59,063 nt of DNA from a virus (Duplodnaviria; Caudoviricetes): IMG/VR virus record IMGVR_UViG_3300048550_000839, positions 1 through 59,063 of that record. The stretch is one strand, 5' to 3'. Below the pieces are notes generated by a model. The model was not told the origin of the DNA. It was given only the letters and a program-made list of their open reading frames with translations, and made no database searches. Both the position numbers and the translations under genes were made by a program. Within the stretch, counting starts at the first letter, position 1. The number at the start of each line of letters is the position of its first letter. Shown here in pieces: positions 1 to 8,924 of the stretch.

Positions 1-19
1 ATTTTCCAACATCTGACAT

Positions 20-1477
20 TTAAGTCTCCTCAAATAGTTCTCCAAACTTAGTGCTGGCATTTACTGTTTTCTTACCAACATTAAGTCTTGTACCAATTAC
101 TTGCATCCAGAACTTTGAATATTTAGTGATTAGATCTAAACTTTTTTGTCTATCTTTAAGACTAAAAATTTCATCTACAACTTGTTTAAATTCAATACGT
201 TCAAAACGCTCATCGATTAACATATATGGATATTGTCCTGTATCATAACGTTCATTTGCTCGTTGTGTACTTTCTATATGCGTCCATACATTGTGGCCCA
301 TTTGTAATGCATAACTAAATGAGTCCCAAGAAGTTTTACCTTCCTTTCCAATTTTATTTACATCGCCTGGTTTGTAATAACAAATATCACTTACTTTGCA
401 ATGTTTACTAATAGGCGAATCTTCAAACGCTTTTAGTATTCCGTCTGTTTCTACCACATCTTTAAATAATCTACTATCTGTGGCATACTTTTTATCATCT
501 GCACCCGGCGCCATCATATAGCTCCACTTACCGCGATCTTCAATACGTATAGTATGATACACTTGTCCATTTGCAGTTGCTAAAAAAGGGCTTGCACAGT
601 CATATGTAATCATAAAGTTTTTATTATGATACTTACGCACTGCACGTTGAATATCTGTTAGCAACACAGCCCATTCTAATTTACTTGTACCCAAGAAGTG
701 CATTACATCGTGTACACCTTCTTCTAATAATCCATCGTGTATTTGATGAACAAGTCTACGCAAAATTAGATCAACATCGCACATATTTTGTCCACCCATT
801 GCCCATCCATCAAAGTGTGTTTCTGGGTATTTTGCAGGATCACAATAGTCTTTGAATTCTTCATACCAACTGTCTGCATCAGCGTGATTGCTGCCTTGCA
901 ACACGTTTAGCACTTTGAAGTTGCCACGTCTATTAGCCATATAGTATTTTGCATTAATGTGTGTTGCATCTACAGCATCTTGATAACTGTGAATGTTTGC
1001 TGCTTTTGCTGCTTTAGGATCTTGGAATGTCCAAGTTGGAATATCCAACATCATTCCGTAGTCCATATACTCTTCCATCCAGTTTACAACCAGTTCACGC
1101 TTTTTGGCAGCTTTTGGACAATTTGGATTAGTCCAGTCGCCTTCCCAAAGTCCTTTAGCAATTTGAAAACCACCAGAGTCGCCTAACAACCAACTATTTT
1201 CTCTATCTCGGTTTCGCAACATATCTTCTTTTTCAACGTGCTTATTTACATCTAAGTCTGCGTGTCCTGCAGAATAGAGCGCCCATTTATAGTGGAACGC
1301 TCCTTCTTTAGAGTTCAAAAAGTTAAGACCTTCTACACCATTTAAGCCAGCTGGAACACGATTGTAATCAACGTATTCGCCATAACGTTGTTTGCCTACA
1401 AACGTAGCATAAAAGCCACTTATACTAGGCAAAAATACAGCATAATCATTTTGTGTTTCAGTAAGATTTGTTTTCAT
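20..1477 (-). CDS. dpdA: TGT-fold guanine transglycosylase, DpdA-like (7-deazaguanine DNA modification)
   Basis: TGT motifs in order: GDSGGFQ, MMLDIP, VLQG, GWAMGG, HFLG, YDCASP, late HN; canonical CxCxxC Zn site is degenerate; phage context with queD in window. Confidence 0.75.
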   Translation of the reverse strand: MKTNLTETQNDYAVFLPSISGFYATFVGKQRYGEYVDYNRVPAGLNGVEGLNFLNSKEGAFHYKWALYSAGHADLDVNKHVEKEDMLRNRDRENSWLLGDSGGFQIAKGLWEGDWTNPNCPKAAKKRELVVNWMEEYMDYGMMLDIPTWTFQDPKAAKAANIHSYQDAVDATHINAKYYMANRRGNFKVLNVLQGSNHADADSWYEEFKDYCDPAKYPETHFDGWAMGGQNMCDVDLILRRLVHQIHDGLLEEGVHDVMHFLGTSKLEWAVLLTDIQRAVRKYHNKNFMITYDCASPFLATANGQVYHTIRIEDRGKWSYMMAPGADDKKYATDSRLFKDVVETDGILKAFEDSPISKHCKVSDICYYKPGDVNKIGKEGKTSWDSFSYALQMGHNVWTHIESTQRANERYDTGQYPYMLIDERFERIEFKQVVDEIFSLKDRQKSLDLITKYSKFWMQVIGTRLNVGKKTVNASTKFGELFEET

Positions 1478-2205
1478 TATTTTTGTTGTGCTGGAAGGAT
1501 ATAGTCGTATGTTGCCATACCGCTGTCTACGCTAATCTTCATAGCGCCTTGATCTGTAATACTCATTGTTTTGTCGCCATCTAAATTCAAAATAGCAAGT
1601 GTTTGTGCCACAGGCCAAGCCCAAGTATGTGTTAATGAACCTGTAATGCCGTATTCAAAAGTAAATGTACCTGCGTGTGTAGCTTCGTCTCCAAAGTAAA
1701 AGTTTAAATTACCGTCTTCTGTTTTTACTTGAAATACTGTTTCTTCGCTGTGTGCGCCAGACATAAGTTTCATACGTTCAATTGCTGCCATATTAGGCTG
1801 AATCTCTACGTCATATGTGTTAACTTTAAATTTAACGCTTTTTAGTTTTTCTTCAATGATTGCTTTGTTCATAAAGCGATAATCATTTTCAAAATCGCCT
1901 GCTTTGTTTTCAAAATGAATATGTGTTGGCATAACTTCGCCGTTGCGCTCGGCTTGCACAACTTCAATTTTTGCTTCATCTTTGTACTCTGGATTCTTTA
2001 AATGATAATCCAGTTTGCCTAAATCTGGCATACCAAATGTACCAACAAATTCTCCAACCGGTGAATGTGTTGTTGCAGTCATAATTACACTACGATCATC
2101 AGCCATACTATCAATTTGAGTATCGTCTTCTGCTGTAACCTTCAATGTAGTAATAAAACCTAATCTGTGTGTATGACTCACAATGTCTTGTAGAATATCT
2201 TGCAT
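1477..2205 (-). CDS. Putative DNA polymerase sliding clamp (gp45/PCNA-like)
   Basis: 242 aa, PCNA-like C-terminus YDYILPA; near polB, clamp loader also in window. Confidence 0.65.
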   Translation of the reverse strand: MQDILQDIVSHTHRLGFITTLKVTAEDDTQIDSMADDRSVIMTATTHSPVGEFVGTFGMPDLGKLDYHLKNPEYKDEAKIEVVQAERNGEVMPTHIHFENKAGDFENDYRFMNKAIIEEKLKSVKFKVNTYDVEIQPNMAAIERMKLMSGAHSEETVFQVKTEDGNLNFYFGDEATHAGTFTFEYGITGSLTHTWAWPVAQTLAILNLDGDKTMSITDQGAMKISVDSGMATYDYILPAQQK

Positions 2206-2226
2206 AGTGTTCTCCTGTATCGTTGT

Positions 2227-2255
2227 ATTATACTAAATTTTGCCTTAGTTGTCAA
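2227..2255 (-). promoter_or_regulatory. sigma70-type promoter for clamp-dpdA
   Basis: Perfect TTGACA-17 nt-TATAAT on minus strand. Confidence 0.85.
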
Positions 2256-3006
2256 GTAATTGTTTTAGTTTTGTGTTGTAATACACTGCCGCTGACAGTG
2301 TATTTAGATTAATATTTTTTTCTGCTGCCATTTTTAATAGCGCACTTGTGTCTTTGGGAAAGCAATGGCCTCCCCAGCCTCTGATACCATCTTCTGGATA
2401 TACATAGGTATGACTATCAGATATGCGATCATCTGATGCTACTCCTGCTCGGACTTGATTAAAGTTTATATTATGTCCTTCACAGAAATCGTATATTTCG
2501 TTAAAGAAACTAACTTTAGTTGCTAAAAATGCATTACGAAAATATTTTATTGCAATAGCTTCTTCTGGCTTAACAATAGCTAACTGCATCTTAGACCAAT
2601 TGTAACTATATTGGTCTCTCCAATAATCTGTATCACCACTTAAAATAACACTGTCGAGATGTTTAACATCGTTCATAAAGTTTGCAGCCCGTAAAAACTC
2701 TGGACTAAAACATAATCTATGATTAGGAAATTTTTCCTTTAAACTGTGCCATCCGTCTAAACTTATTGTGCTTTTAATCATTATTGGCGTATAATCGGGT
2801 ATTTTAGATACAACATCAAAAACTGCACTCATATCGCAAGTACCATCATCTGCTGGCGGCGTTGGTACACAAATAATAACAGCACTTGTATTTTCTAAGT
2901 CGGCGTGCATATTTTTTGGAGGATCGTATATTAAAATTTCTCGCCTATGACCTGTAAATAATAGTTCGTGTGCTTTGCCTACAAATCCATACCCTGCTAT
3001 AATCAT
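2245..3006 (-). CDS. UDP-glucose/GDP-mannose 6-dehydrogenase family protein (short form)
   Basis: GYGFVG Rossmann motif, ICVPTP, IKSTI, SPEFLR, GWGGHCFPKD; start moved to ATG 3006 (ATGA overlap with upstream gene). Confidence 0.85.
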   Translation of the reverse strand: MIIAGYGFVGKAHELLFTGHRREILIYDPPKNMHADLENTSAVIICVPTPPADDGTCDMSAVFDVVSKIPDYTPIMIKSTISLDGWHSLKEKFPNHRLCFSPEFLRAANFMNDVKHLDSVILSGDTDYWRDQYSYNWSKMQLAIVKPEEAIAIKYFRNAFLATKVSFFNEIYDFCEGHNINFNQVRAGVASDDRISDSHTYVYPEDGIRGWGGHCFPKDTSALLKMAAEKNINLNTLSAAVYYNTKLKQLLDN

Positions 3007-3716
3007 CCTGCTAACTTTGCCTCCTGAAAGTAACTTAATCTTTCCCACGTGTCTCGCCAATCTTTTACATTAAAACAACGATTTTTGTCTAGTTTTACTG
3101 CAAGCGGCCAATCGTTGCCTCCTGGAGATACTTTATCACCAAAGAAGTAAATTTTATCATCGTTGTTAAAATCATCAAGTATTTGACTTTTATCTGCGCC
3201 TTTATTGTAAATGTCTATTCCAGTTTCCCCACCAACAGTAGCAGTAATATCTGGAAATTTCATATTAATTTCTAGTGAAATACTTTCACGTTCTTTGTTT
3301 GCTAAATCGTGTTTAATATATAGTTTTCGTTGTTGTAAATTACAATTGCGTCCTATTATACTAAAATTAATAGTTCCTGTGCGTTCTTCAATATGATTAC
3401 CAGTACGCAAAGGAAATGGACTTGCCTGCAACCATCCCTCCATAAGATTATATAATTCTTTAGGAGCTGAAAAATTCTTACTATTCACACGTTTGCCCTT
3501 GAACCATACATCGTTACCACTACAATTGTAACACGTAACTACCGACTCGGTAATATCTTTTCCTAATTGTTCTACAGTTTTTGCATAATCACTTCCGGTA
3601 ACTAGCCAAACTTTGTTGTGTGCCATAAATGATTTAAAAAACTCTTTAAATTCTGGATCTATTTTTTGTCTACTTGGTGTAAGTGTGCCATCAACATCGA
3701 ATATAAATTTATTCAT
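3003..3716 (-). CDS. HAD-IIB phosphomannomutase-like (eukaryotic PMM family) protein
   Basis: FDVDGTLT, VTGSD, INFSIIGR, FFGDKVSPGGND. Confidence 0.8.
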   Translation of the reverse strand: MNKFIFDVDGTLTPSRQKIDPEFKEFFKSFMAHNKVWLVTGSDYAKTVEQLGKDITESVVTCYNCSGNDVWFKGKRVNSKNFSAPKELYNLMEGWLQASPFPLRTGNHIEERTGTINFSIIGRNCNLQQRKLYIKHDLANKERESISLEINMKFPDITATVGGETGIDIYNKGADKSQILDDFNNDDKIYFFGDKVSPGGNDWPLAVKLDKNRCFNVKDWRDTWERLSYFQEAKLAG

Positions 3717-4123
3717 CTGTCACATACCCTTCTTCTTAAATCACTTGTGCTAAAACGGTGTTCACGTCTATTAAAGTGTACTTCAATTCCTCTTGCGGCA
3801 CAAGTAGCTCTACCAGTAAATTCTTTTTCTCTATATTCTTCGCCTAAGAATCTAACATCTATTTGAAACAGTTCTAGTATGTCTATCAAGTCTTCCTCTG
3901 TTTGATACGGAACAATTTCATCTACAAATTTAAGTCCATTAAGTTGTGCATAACGTTCTACCATTGTTTGTACAGGCTTATTTTTTGTATCAGGTCTATC
4001 AATTGTAGGATCACTTTGCAGTCCTACAATAAGATAATCGCAATTTGCCTTTGCTTCACGCAACATACCAATATGTCCTGCGTGTAACAAATCAAAAGTA
4101 CTACAAGTAAATCCTACTTTCAT
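3713..4123 (-). CDS. Glycerol-3-phosphate cytidylyltransferase (TagD)-like
   Basis: TFDLLHAGH (HxGH), LIVGLQSD, RFSTSDLR. Confidence 0.85.
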   Translation of the reverse strand: MKVGFTCSTFDLLHAGHIGMLREAKANCDYLIVGLQSDPTIDRPDTKNKPVQTMVERYAQLNGLKFVDEIVPYQTEEDLIDILELFQIDVRFLGEEYREKEFTGRATCAARGIEVHFNRREHRFSTSDLRRRVCDR

Positions 4124-4509
4124 TTGTGTCTCTTTCCGTCAAATACACACGTAAACTCTAATGCAGTGTCGCTTGTGTTATGTACTCTATGAAATACATT
4201 ATCGTGTATTAATACAGTACTGCCAGCTTTTACTTTGATGTCATCGCCATCAAGTGACATTTTGCCTTCACCCTTTGTAAAGATATATACTTCTTCTTGG
4301 CCGGCGTGCATATGTCCTGTTGTACTTTGTTTTGCATTTAACCTAGTAGTGCTTACTACTAAGTTGGTAAGTTCAGTGTTGTCTACTACACGATATCTTT
4401 TGTCATCTTTAATAATGTCGCCAGCAATTTGGAAATTATCACCTGCTTTTAATCGTGACTTATATCGTCGTTTGTTGATAGCTTCTGTAGTCATTTGTAT
4501 TAATTCCAT
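4120..4509 (-). CDS. Cupin domain protein (sugar isomerase-like)
   Basis: HMHAGQEEVY...G...FHRVHN cupin motifs. Confidence 0.75.
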   Translation of the reverse strand: MELIQMTTEAINKRRYKSRLKAGDNFQIAGDIIKDDKRYRVVDNTELTNLVVSTTRLNAKQSTTGHMHAGQEEVYIFTKGEGKMSLDGDDIKVKAGSTVLIHDNVFHRVHNTSDTALEFTCVFDGKRHK

Positions 4510-7181
4510 TCAAATAAATTATTAAATGTTGTTTTTTGTTTTGTGCTTTCTAAATCATATTTCAACACGCCAATCAAGTTGTCTAGTTTGTTGTCAATAA
4601 TAACTTCTTCCATTGCATCGCCATCAAATGGCAGTTCCTTGAACCATTCTGGAATACGTAATTCGTCTGTTGGATATGCTACACTTGTATACCCCAGTGG
4701 ATTCTGTTTTAGTTTGCAAACAATAACTTTCATACCATCTACAATCTCTTGTGAATACTTGTCGCCGTTCATACGTTTAAGTGTATTCCAATTGATACTT
4801 GCTCTTACGTGTCCAGGCATATTTGCTTTACCTTGCTTTTCTTCAAGACGTTGATAGTGTCCAATCTTATTTGCACGTTTGGGTGAACCTTTTTCAAAAC
4901 CCGGACGTTCTTTAAACTCACGCCTAAACTCACTAATACTTTCTAATAGATTTTTTTCATCTTCTAGTCCTAATACCCTATCAAGCAATGTTTTCAAATA
5001 GTCTTGCATAAACACAGGGGTATCACTGCGTTTCAAGTCCAAGCCCATTGCCTTAACTTTACCTAAACTACCTTCTTTGTCTTTTCTATCGCCTTCTAAG
5101 TCATAAACACGCACTGCATAACGTTTCTTTGTAATAAACAAGCCTGTGTCTGCAACAACTTCTCTTGCTGCTGCAATCACTTCACTGCGTGGACGTGGAC
5201 AATGGAAGGCTTCACGCATAAAGTCTGGGAAAGTTGTGTTTGCTTGTTCGCATAATTGATCATACAGCGTAATAACATTGTCTTTGCCCCACGGAATACT
5301 ACCTGTAGCAATTTCATCTTTTAATACAGGATATGCACTAAAATAAACAGAATCTGTATCGCCGTATATAATAGCTTTACCGACGTGATTATATTCACCG
5401 GTAATAATCTTATTCACTTCTGCACTCATATGTTTTGCAATACATCTACCTGTTAGTGTTGTACTCTGTCCGATACGTTTATCAAAAAATCTACAACCTG
5501 GATTAAGAATAGCACCATACAAACTGTTCAAGTTAATCTTTTTAACAAGTTGTCTTTTATCCCAAAACGCTATTTCTGTGCTATTGTTTGCATCAATGGC
5601 TTTGCGCATTTTTGCTTGTAGTTCTTTACGTTCAGCATACCAACGTTTTAGTAACCCTGGAACAACACCTTCAACTTCTGTAGTAAAAATTGTACCATTA
5701 GCACTAAGCATCCAAGGTTGATTACTGTCAAAAATTAGTTTCCAAATCTCTGCACCACTTAGTACGTGACTGGTGCCATCTTCCAAGTCCAAGTGCAACG
5801 ATACATCTTTGCGTTGTTCCATTACAGCATCATATTCTAGCGTAGCAAACTTGCCTTCCCAAGCACCTGCAAAACTTTTCTTTTCTAGTGTAGTTGCATT
5901 GTGCAAAAACTCATCTGTTAATACTGGACGAATCTGTCCTACAATAGTTTCCGGCGCCATATTCAATGCACGAATAATACTTGGATACAGACTGTTTAAG
6001 TCCATTGAACCAATCCACTCGTGTACGCCTTTTTTTGGAAATGCAACATAAGCGCCTGCTGCTGCTGTGTTGCCTTCGTGATTCATTCTGTTAGGCACCT
6101 GCATACCACGCCTGTGTGCTTCGTTAACAATAGCTTGCTCTGTAACTGCAACTGCACCTGCTGTTGTTTGTAATAGCACTGTGTTGTCGTGCGCAATTTC
6201 ATTTGCAAGATCAATAAAACGTAGTTTCTTATCAAGTTTGTCTAGCAGTGCAACGTCTTGTCTGTTGTATTCAATAAACTTTTCAAAGTCGTTGTTGTAA
6301 AGCTGATCAAGTGTGCCTTCATACACAGTCTTGTTCTCGCCTACTTCCATTTCACCAATAGCGTCTAGTCTATATGTGTGACGTTCTTCATATGTGTACT
6401 TGCGATACAAGTTAAGATAGTCCATATGTACTCTTCCGATAGTATCATACGTTTCACTTGTCTTGCCAAACTTTTCATATTCTCTACGCTTAGGCAACTG
6501 CCCCCATAAACAGAAACGTCTGGTATCATCTTTGCTTAATACACGTTGTATTCTATTAACAGTGTATGGAACGTCATAGCCTTCGCTGTTCCAACCACTA
6601 TGAATATCAGCATCCTCAATTAGGTCAAGAAATGCTTCCAGCATATCTCCTTCACCTTGTTTGCTATTCGGATATAATATACAAGTATCGCCCCAGCGTT
6701 CTTTACACATTGCCCTTGCTTCTTCAATTGGCAACCCTTTGGGAGGCATAGCAACTGTAATTAACATATCTAACCATTGCAAATGTACTGTAATAGCAGT
6801 AATAGGCATAAATGGATCTTCAACTGGAGCAAATCCACGTTCTGGATCAAAGTCAGTTTCAATATCCCAAAACGCCACATTCAACTTTGGTGCATCTTGG
6901 TTCAAGTAATTTTCACTTAAACATTGAAATATAGGATTTACATCCGATTCAAACATATTCTTGCCTTTATTAATAGCAAGTTCTTTTCGAAAGTCTTTTG
7001 TGTTTTTACATACTACACGTTGTAACGGATCACCGAAGATGCTTTTGTATTTGCCACGTGGATCTTCATAGTACCAAGTGTATTTGGCTTGATATTCATT
7101 ATAAAGTCGCTTTCCGTCTTTGCGTTCTACTGCACGAATAATATCAGCGTCTCTATCAAAAAATGCATCTACATATGGCAT
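4500..7181 (-). CDS. Family B DNA polymerase (gp43-like)
   Basis: ExoI DIETD, YNRQDV, SMDLNSLYPSII, KKINLNSLYG, YGDTDS, KKRYA. Confidence 0.97.
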   Translation of the reverse strand: MPYVDAFFDRDADIIRAVERKDGKRLYNEYQAKYTWYYEDPRGKYKSIFGDPLQRVVCKNTKDFRKELAINKGKNMFESDVNPIFQCLSENYLNQDAPKLNVAFWDIETDFDPERGFAPVEDPFMPITAITVHLQWLDMLITVAMPPKGLPIEEARAMCKERWGDTCILYPNSKQGEGDMLEAFLDLIEDADIHSGWNSEGYDVPYTVNRIQRVLSKDDTRRFCLWGQLPKRREYEKFGKTSETYDTIGRVHMDYLNLYRKYTYEERHTYRLDAIGEMEVGENKTVYEGTLDQLYNNDFEKFIEYNRQDVALLDKLDKKLRFIDLANEIAHDNTVLLQTTAGAVAVTEQAIVNEAHRRGMQVPNRMNHEGNTAAAGAYVAFPKKGVHEWIGSMDLNSLYPSIIRALNMAPETIVGQIRPVLTDEFLHNATTLEKKSFAGAWEGKFATLEYDAVMEQRKDVSLHLDLEDGTSHVLSGAEIWKLIFDSNQPWMLSANGTIFTTEVEGVVPGLLKRWYAERKELQAKMRKAIDANNSTEIAFWDKRQLVKKINLNSLYGAILNPGCRFFDKRIGQSTTLTGRCIAKHMSAEVNKIITGEYNHVGKAIIYGDTDSVYFSAYPVLKDEIATGSIPWGKDNVITLYDQLCEQANTTFPDFMREAFHCPRPRSEVIAAAREVVADTGLFITKKRYAVRVYDLEGDRKDKEGSLGKVKAMGLDLKRSDTPVFMQDYLKTLLDRVLGLEDEKNLLESISEFRREFKERPGFEKGSPKRANKIGHYQRLEEKQGKANMPGHVRASINWNTLKRMNGDKYSQEIVDGMKVIVCKLKQNPLGYTSVAYPTDELRIPEWFKELPFDGDAMEEVIIDNKLDNLIGVLKYDLESTKQKTTFNNLFEWN

Positions 7182-7201
7182 TTATATTCCTTTTTTTTAT
7201 A

Positions 7202-7480
7202 TTATAGCACAAAGAGCTGTACAAGAGCAATCGAATTCATTACAACAAACCAAGCACATAATACAATGGCAAATCCTGCTTTGCGAATTATTGTACTAAC
7301 CACACCAAGTATGCTACCTACTAGATACAACGGAATAAAAATCTTTGTTGCAGGATCTAATACTGTTACTGTAAGAATTGCACTCGCAGAAACTAGCAAT
7401 ATAGTTTCAACTAGTTCGCAATAGAATGCAACGGGAGAAAGTCTATAGCTTTCTTTAAAGAAGTTTATTATTTTATTCAT
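7202..7480 (-). CDS. Small membrane protein (about 3 TM)
   Basis: Hydrophobic segments; overlaps neighbouring gene. Confidence 0.6.
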   Translation of the reverse strand: MNKIINFFKESYRLSPVAFYCELVETILLVSASAILTVTVLDPATKIFIPLYLVGSILGVVSTIIRKAGFAIVLCAWFVVMNSIALVQLFVL

Positions 7481-7739
7481 TTTTATCGTAACCTGTAGTA
7501 GCTACGATTGTTTCCAGATCTTCAAATTCATCTGATACTCTACTCCAGTCACGCTTTTGTGCAACTTTTATTGCTTTATTAATAAGACTTGGCTTTACAT
7601 CTAGTTCTTCTGCAACTGCTTTAACAGTTTCTTTTAGTCCGCCCTGCAGATCTTCAATTTCTTGTAATACAGTTACGCCTTCTTTTACCAGGCGTTCTAA
7701 CTTGGCCTTTTCTTCAGGGCCATACACACGGTCACTCAT
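7473..7739 (-). CDS. T4 DsbA-like dsDNA-binding protein
   Basis: 88 aa coiled-coil/HTH pattern (LKETVKAVAEELDVKPSLINKAIK); AGGAG RBS. Confidence 0.6.
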   Translation of the reverse strand: MSDRVYGPEEKAKLERLVKEGVTVLQEIEDLQGGLKETVKAVAEELDVKPSLINKAIKVAQKRDWSRVSDEFEDLETIVATTGYDKNE

Positions 7740-7764
7740 ATAGTACTCCTTAGTTATTTGTTTT

Positions 7765-7793
7765 ATAATAATAGAATATTGTCAAAATGTCAA
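7765..7793 (-). promoter_or_regulatory. sigma70-type promoter upstream of dsbA-polB operon
   Basis: TTGACA-17-TATTAT. Confidence 0.7.
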
Positions 7794-8236
7794 GCTTTAA
7801 ATGACCCGTCTACGTGTTTATCTATATGCGCCAATATTTCATATCCTACAATTTCTGCTTTATATTCTTGGTGGTCACCTAAGTAAAGATACTTATATCC
7901 TTGTGACTTCATCCAAGCAGGAACGTGGTGACTAAAACGCCAACCAATACGCTTCCAAGGTTGTTCATAATTCCAAGCAAATTGTTGACTAAATCCTACT
8001 TTATCATTTGGATAGAGCAGTGTCTGCTCCCAAGCAATAAGTTTGTTATTTTCATACAAACAATTCCAAGCATAAAGATCGATATCATCTTGATATAAAG
8101 GATGTACACTTTCGAAATTTTTGTGTTTACAATATGTTACAAATACTTCTGAGGCTTCTTTTAGTGTAGGTCTTACAGATACAATATCCGGATCTAACTC
8201 ATAGTCTATTTTAGATAAATCTATTCTACCGTACAT
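7790..8236 (-). CDS. Arginyl/leucyl-tRNA-protein transferase (ATE/Bpt) C-terminal-like GNAT protein
   Basis: YENNKLIAW...FAWNY...RIG...GYKYLYLG...YKAEI resembles the ATE_C pattern (GxxYxYLG..YK). Confidence 0.55.
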   Translation of the reverse strand: MYGRIDLSKIDYELDPDIVSVRPTLKEASEVFVTYCKHKNFESVHPLYQDDIDLYAWNCLYENNKLIAWEQTLLYPNDKVGFSQQFAWNYEQPWKRIGWRFSHHVPAWMKSQGYKYLYLGDHQEYKAEIVGYEILAHIDKHVDGSFKA

Positions 8237-8924
8237 AATACCCTAATCTTTGTTCTTTGAAATATGGCTCGATATCTTCGTACCAATCTTCGTAAGGATT
8301 ATCTATCCATTGATATCCTTCGGTTACAAGCGATTCTTTATAACTTGTTGATGTATCTTGCCATATAGGTATATATTCATTCCATCTATCTTCTGATGTT
8401 CCATCTGGATTACCGCTAGGTCTAAAATGTAATTCTATAGGATTATTTTCTTTGTATTCTACATTTATTATAGGTATATCTATTGCTGCTAACGGTTCTG
8501 GTAGTACAGGTATACTATCACTTTTTTTCCATCTTGTAAACTTAATTACATTTGATTTATCATTCCAGCCTTGCCAATTATGCAAACATTTCCATTCATT
8601 GTCTTCTTTATAATATGTTGTTGAAAAATGTCTACCTTCAAAATACTCGCACCAAAAATATCCTGGAGGTACACTTGAAATATCACCCTTTTCTAAAACC
8701 TTTATTGTCGTACAAATACCCATTCCGCCTAAGTTATATATTGGTCTAATTACATATTCTTTTGTTGCTGGAATTTCTGTAGCACCTGGACCACAACTGT
8801 AGCCCATTGTTTCGGCTAGGTATAATTTGTTCCACCACTTATGTAAGTGTGGAAGTTTTTTGTAAAGTTCTCGTTCTTCTAAATCGTAAACATCAATAGT
8901 TTTTTTTAATTGAATTCTTCCCAT
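8226..8924 (-). CDS. ATP-grasp-like hypothetical protein
   Basis: YVIRPIYNLGGMG, YFWCEYFEG, NVEY...IELHFR match ATP-grasp motif order. Confidence 0.5.
   Translation of the reverse strand: MGRIQLKKTIDVYDLEERELYKKLPHLHKWWNKLYLAETMGYSCGPGATEIPATKEYVIRPIYNLGGMGICTTIKVLEKGDISSVPPGYFWCEYFEGRHFSTTYYKEDNEWKCLHNWQGWNDKSNVIKFTRWKKSDSIPVLPEPLAAIDIPIINVEYKENNPIELHFRPSGNPDGTSEDRWNEYIPIWQDTSTSYKESLVTEGYQWIDNPYEDWYEDIEPYFKEQRLGYYVR

Noticed and set aside
20-1477. Ordinary tRNA-guanine transglycosylase (tgt)
   Set aside because: Highly divergent, lacks the CxCxxC Zn motif and is coupled to replication genes; a DNA-acting DpdA-like role is preferred though unproven
4500-7181. Intein or intron in polB
   Set aside because: Normal length, contiguous motifs, no intein or homing endonuclease signatures
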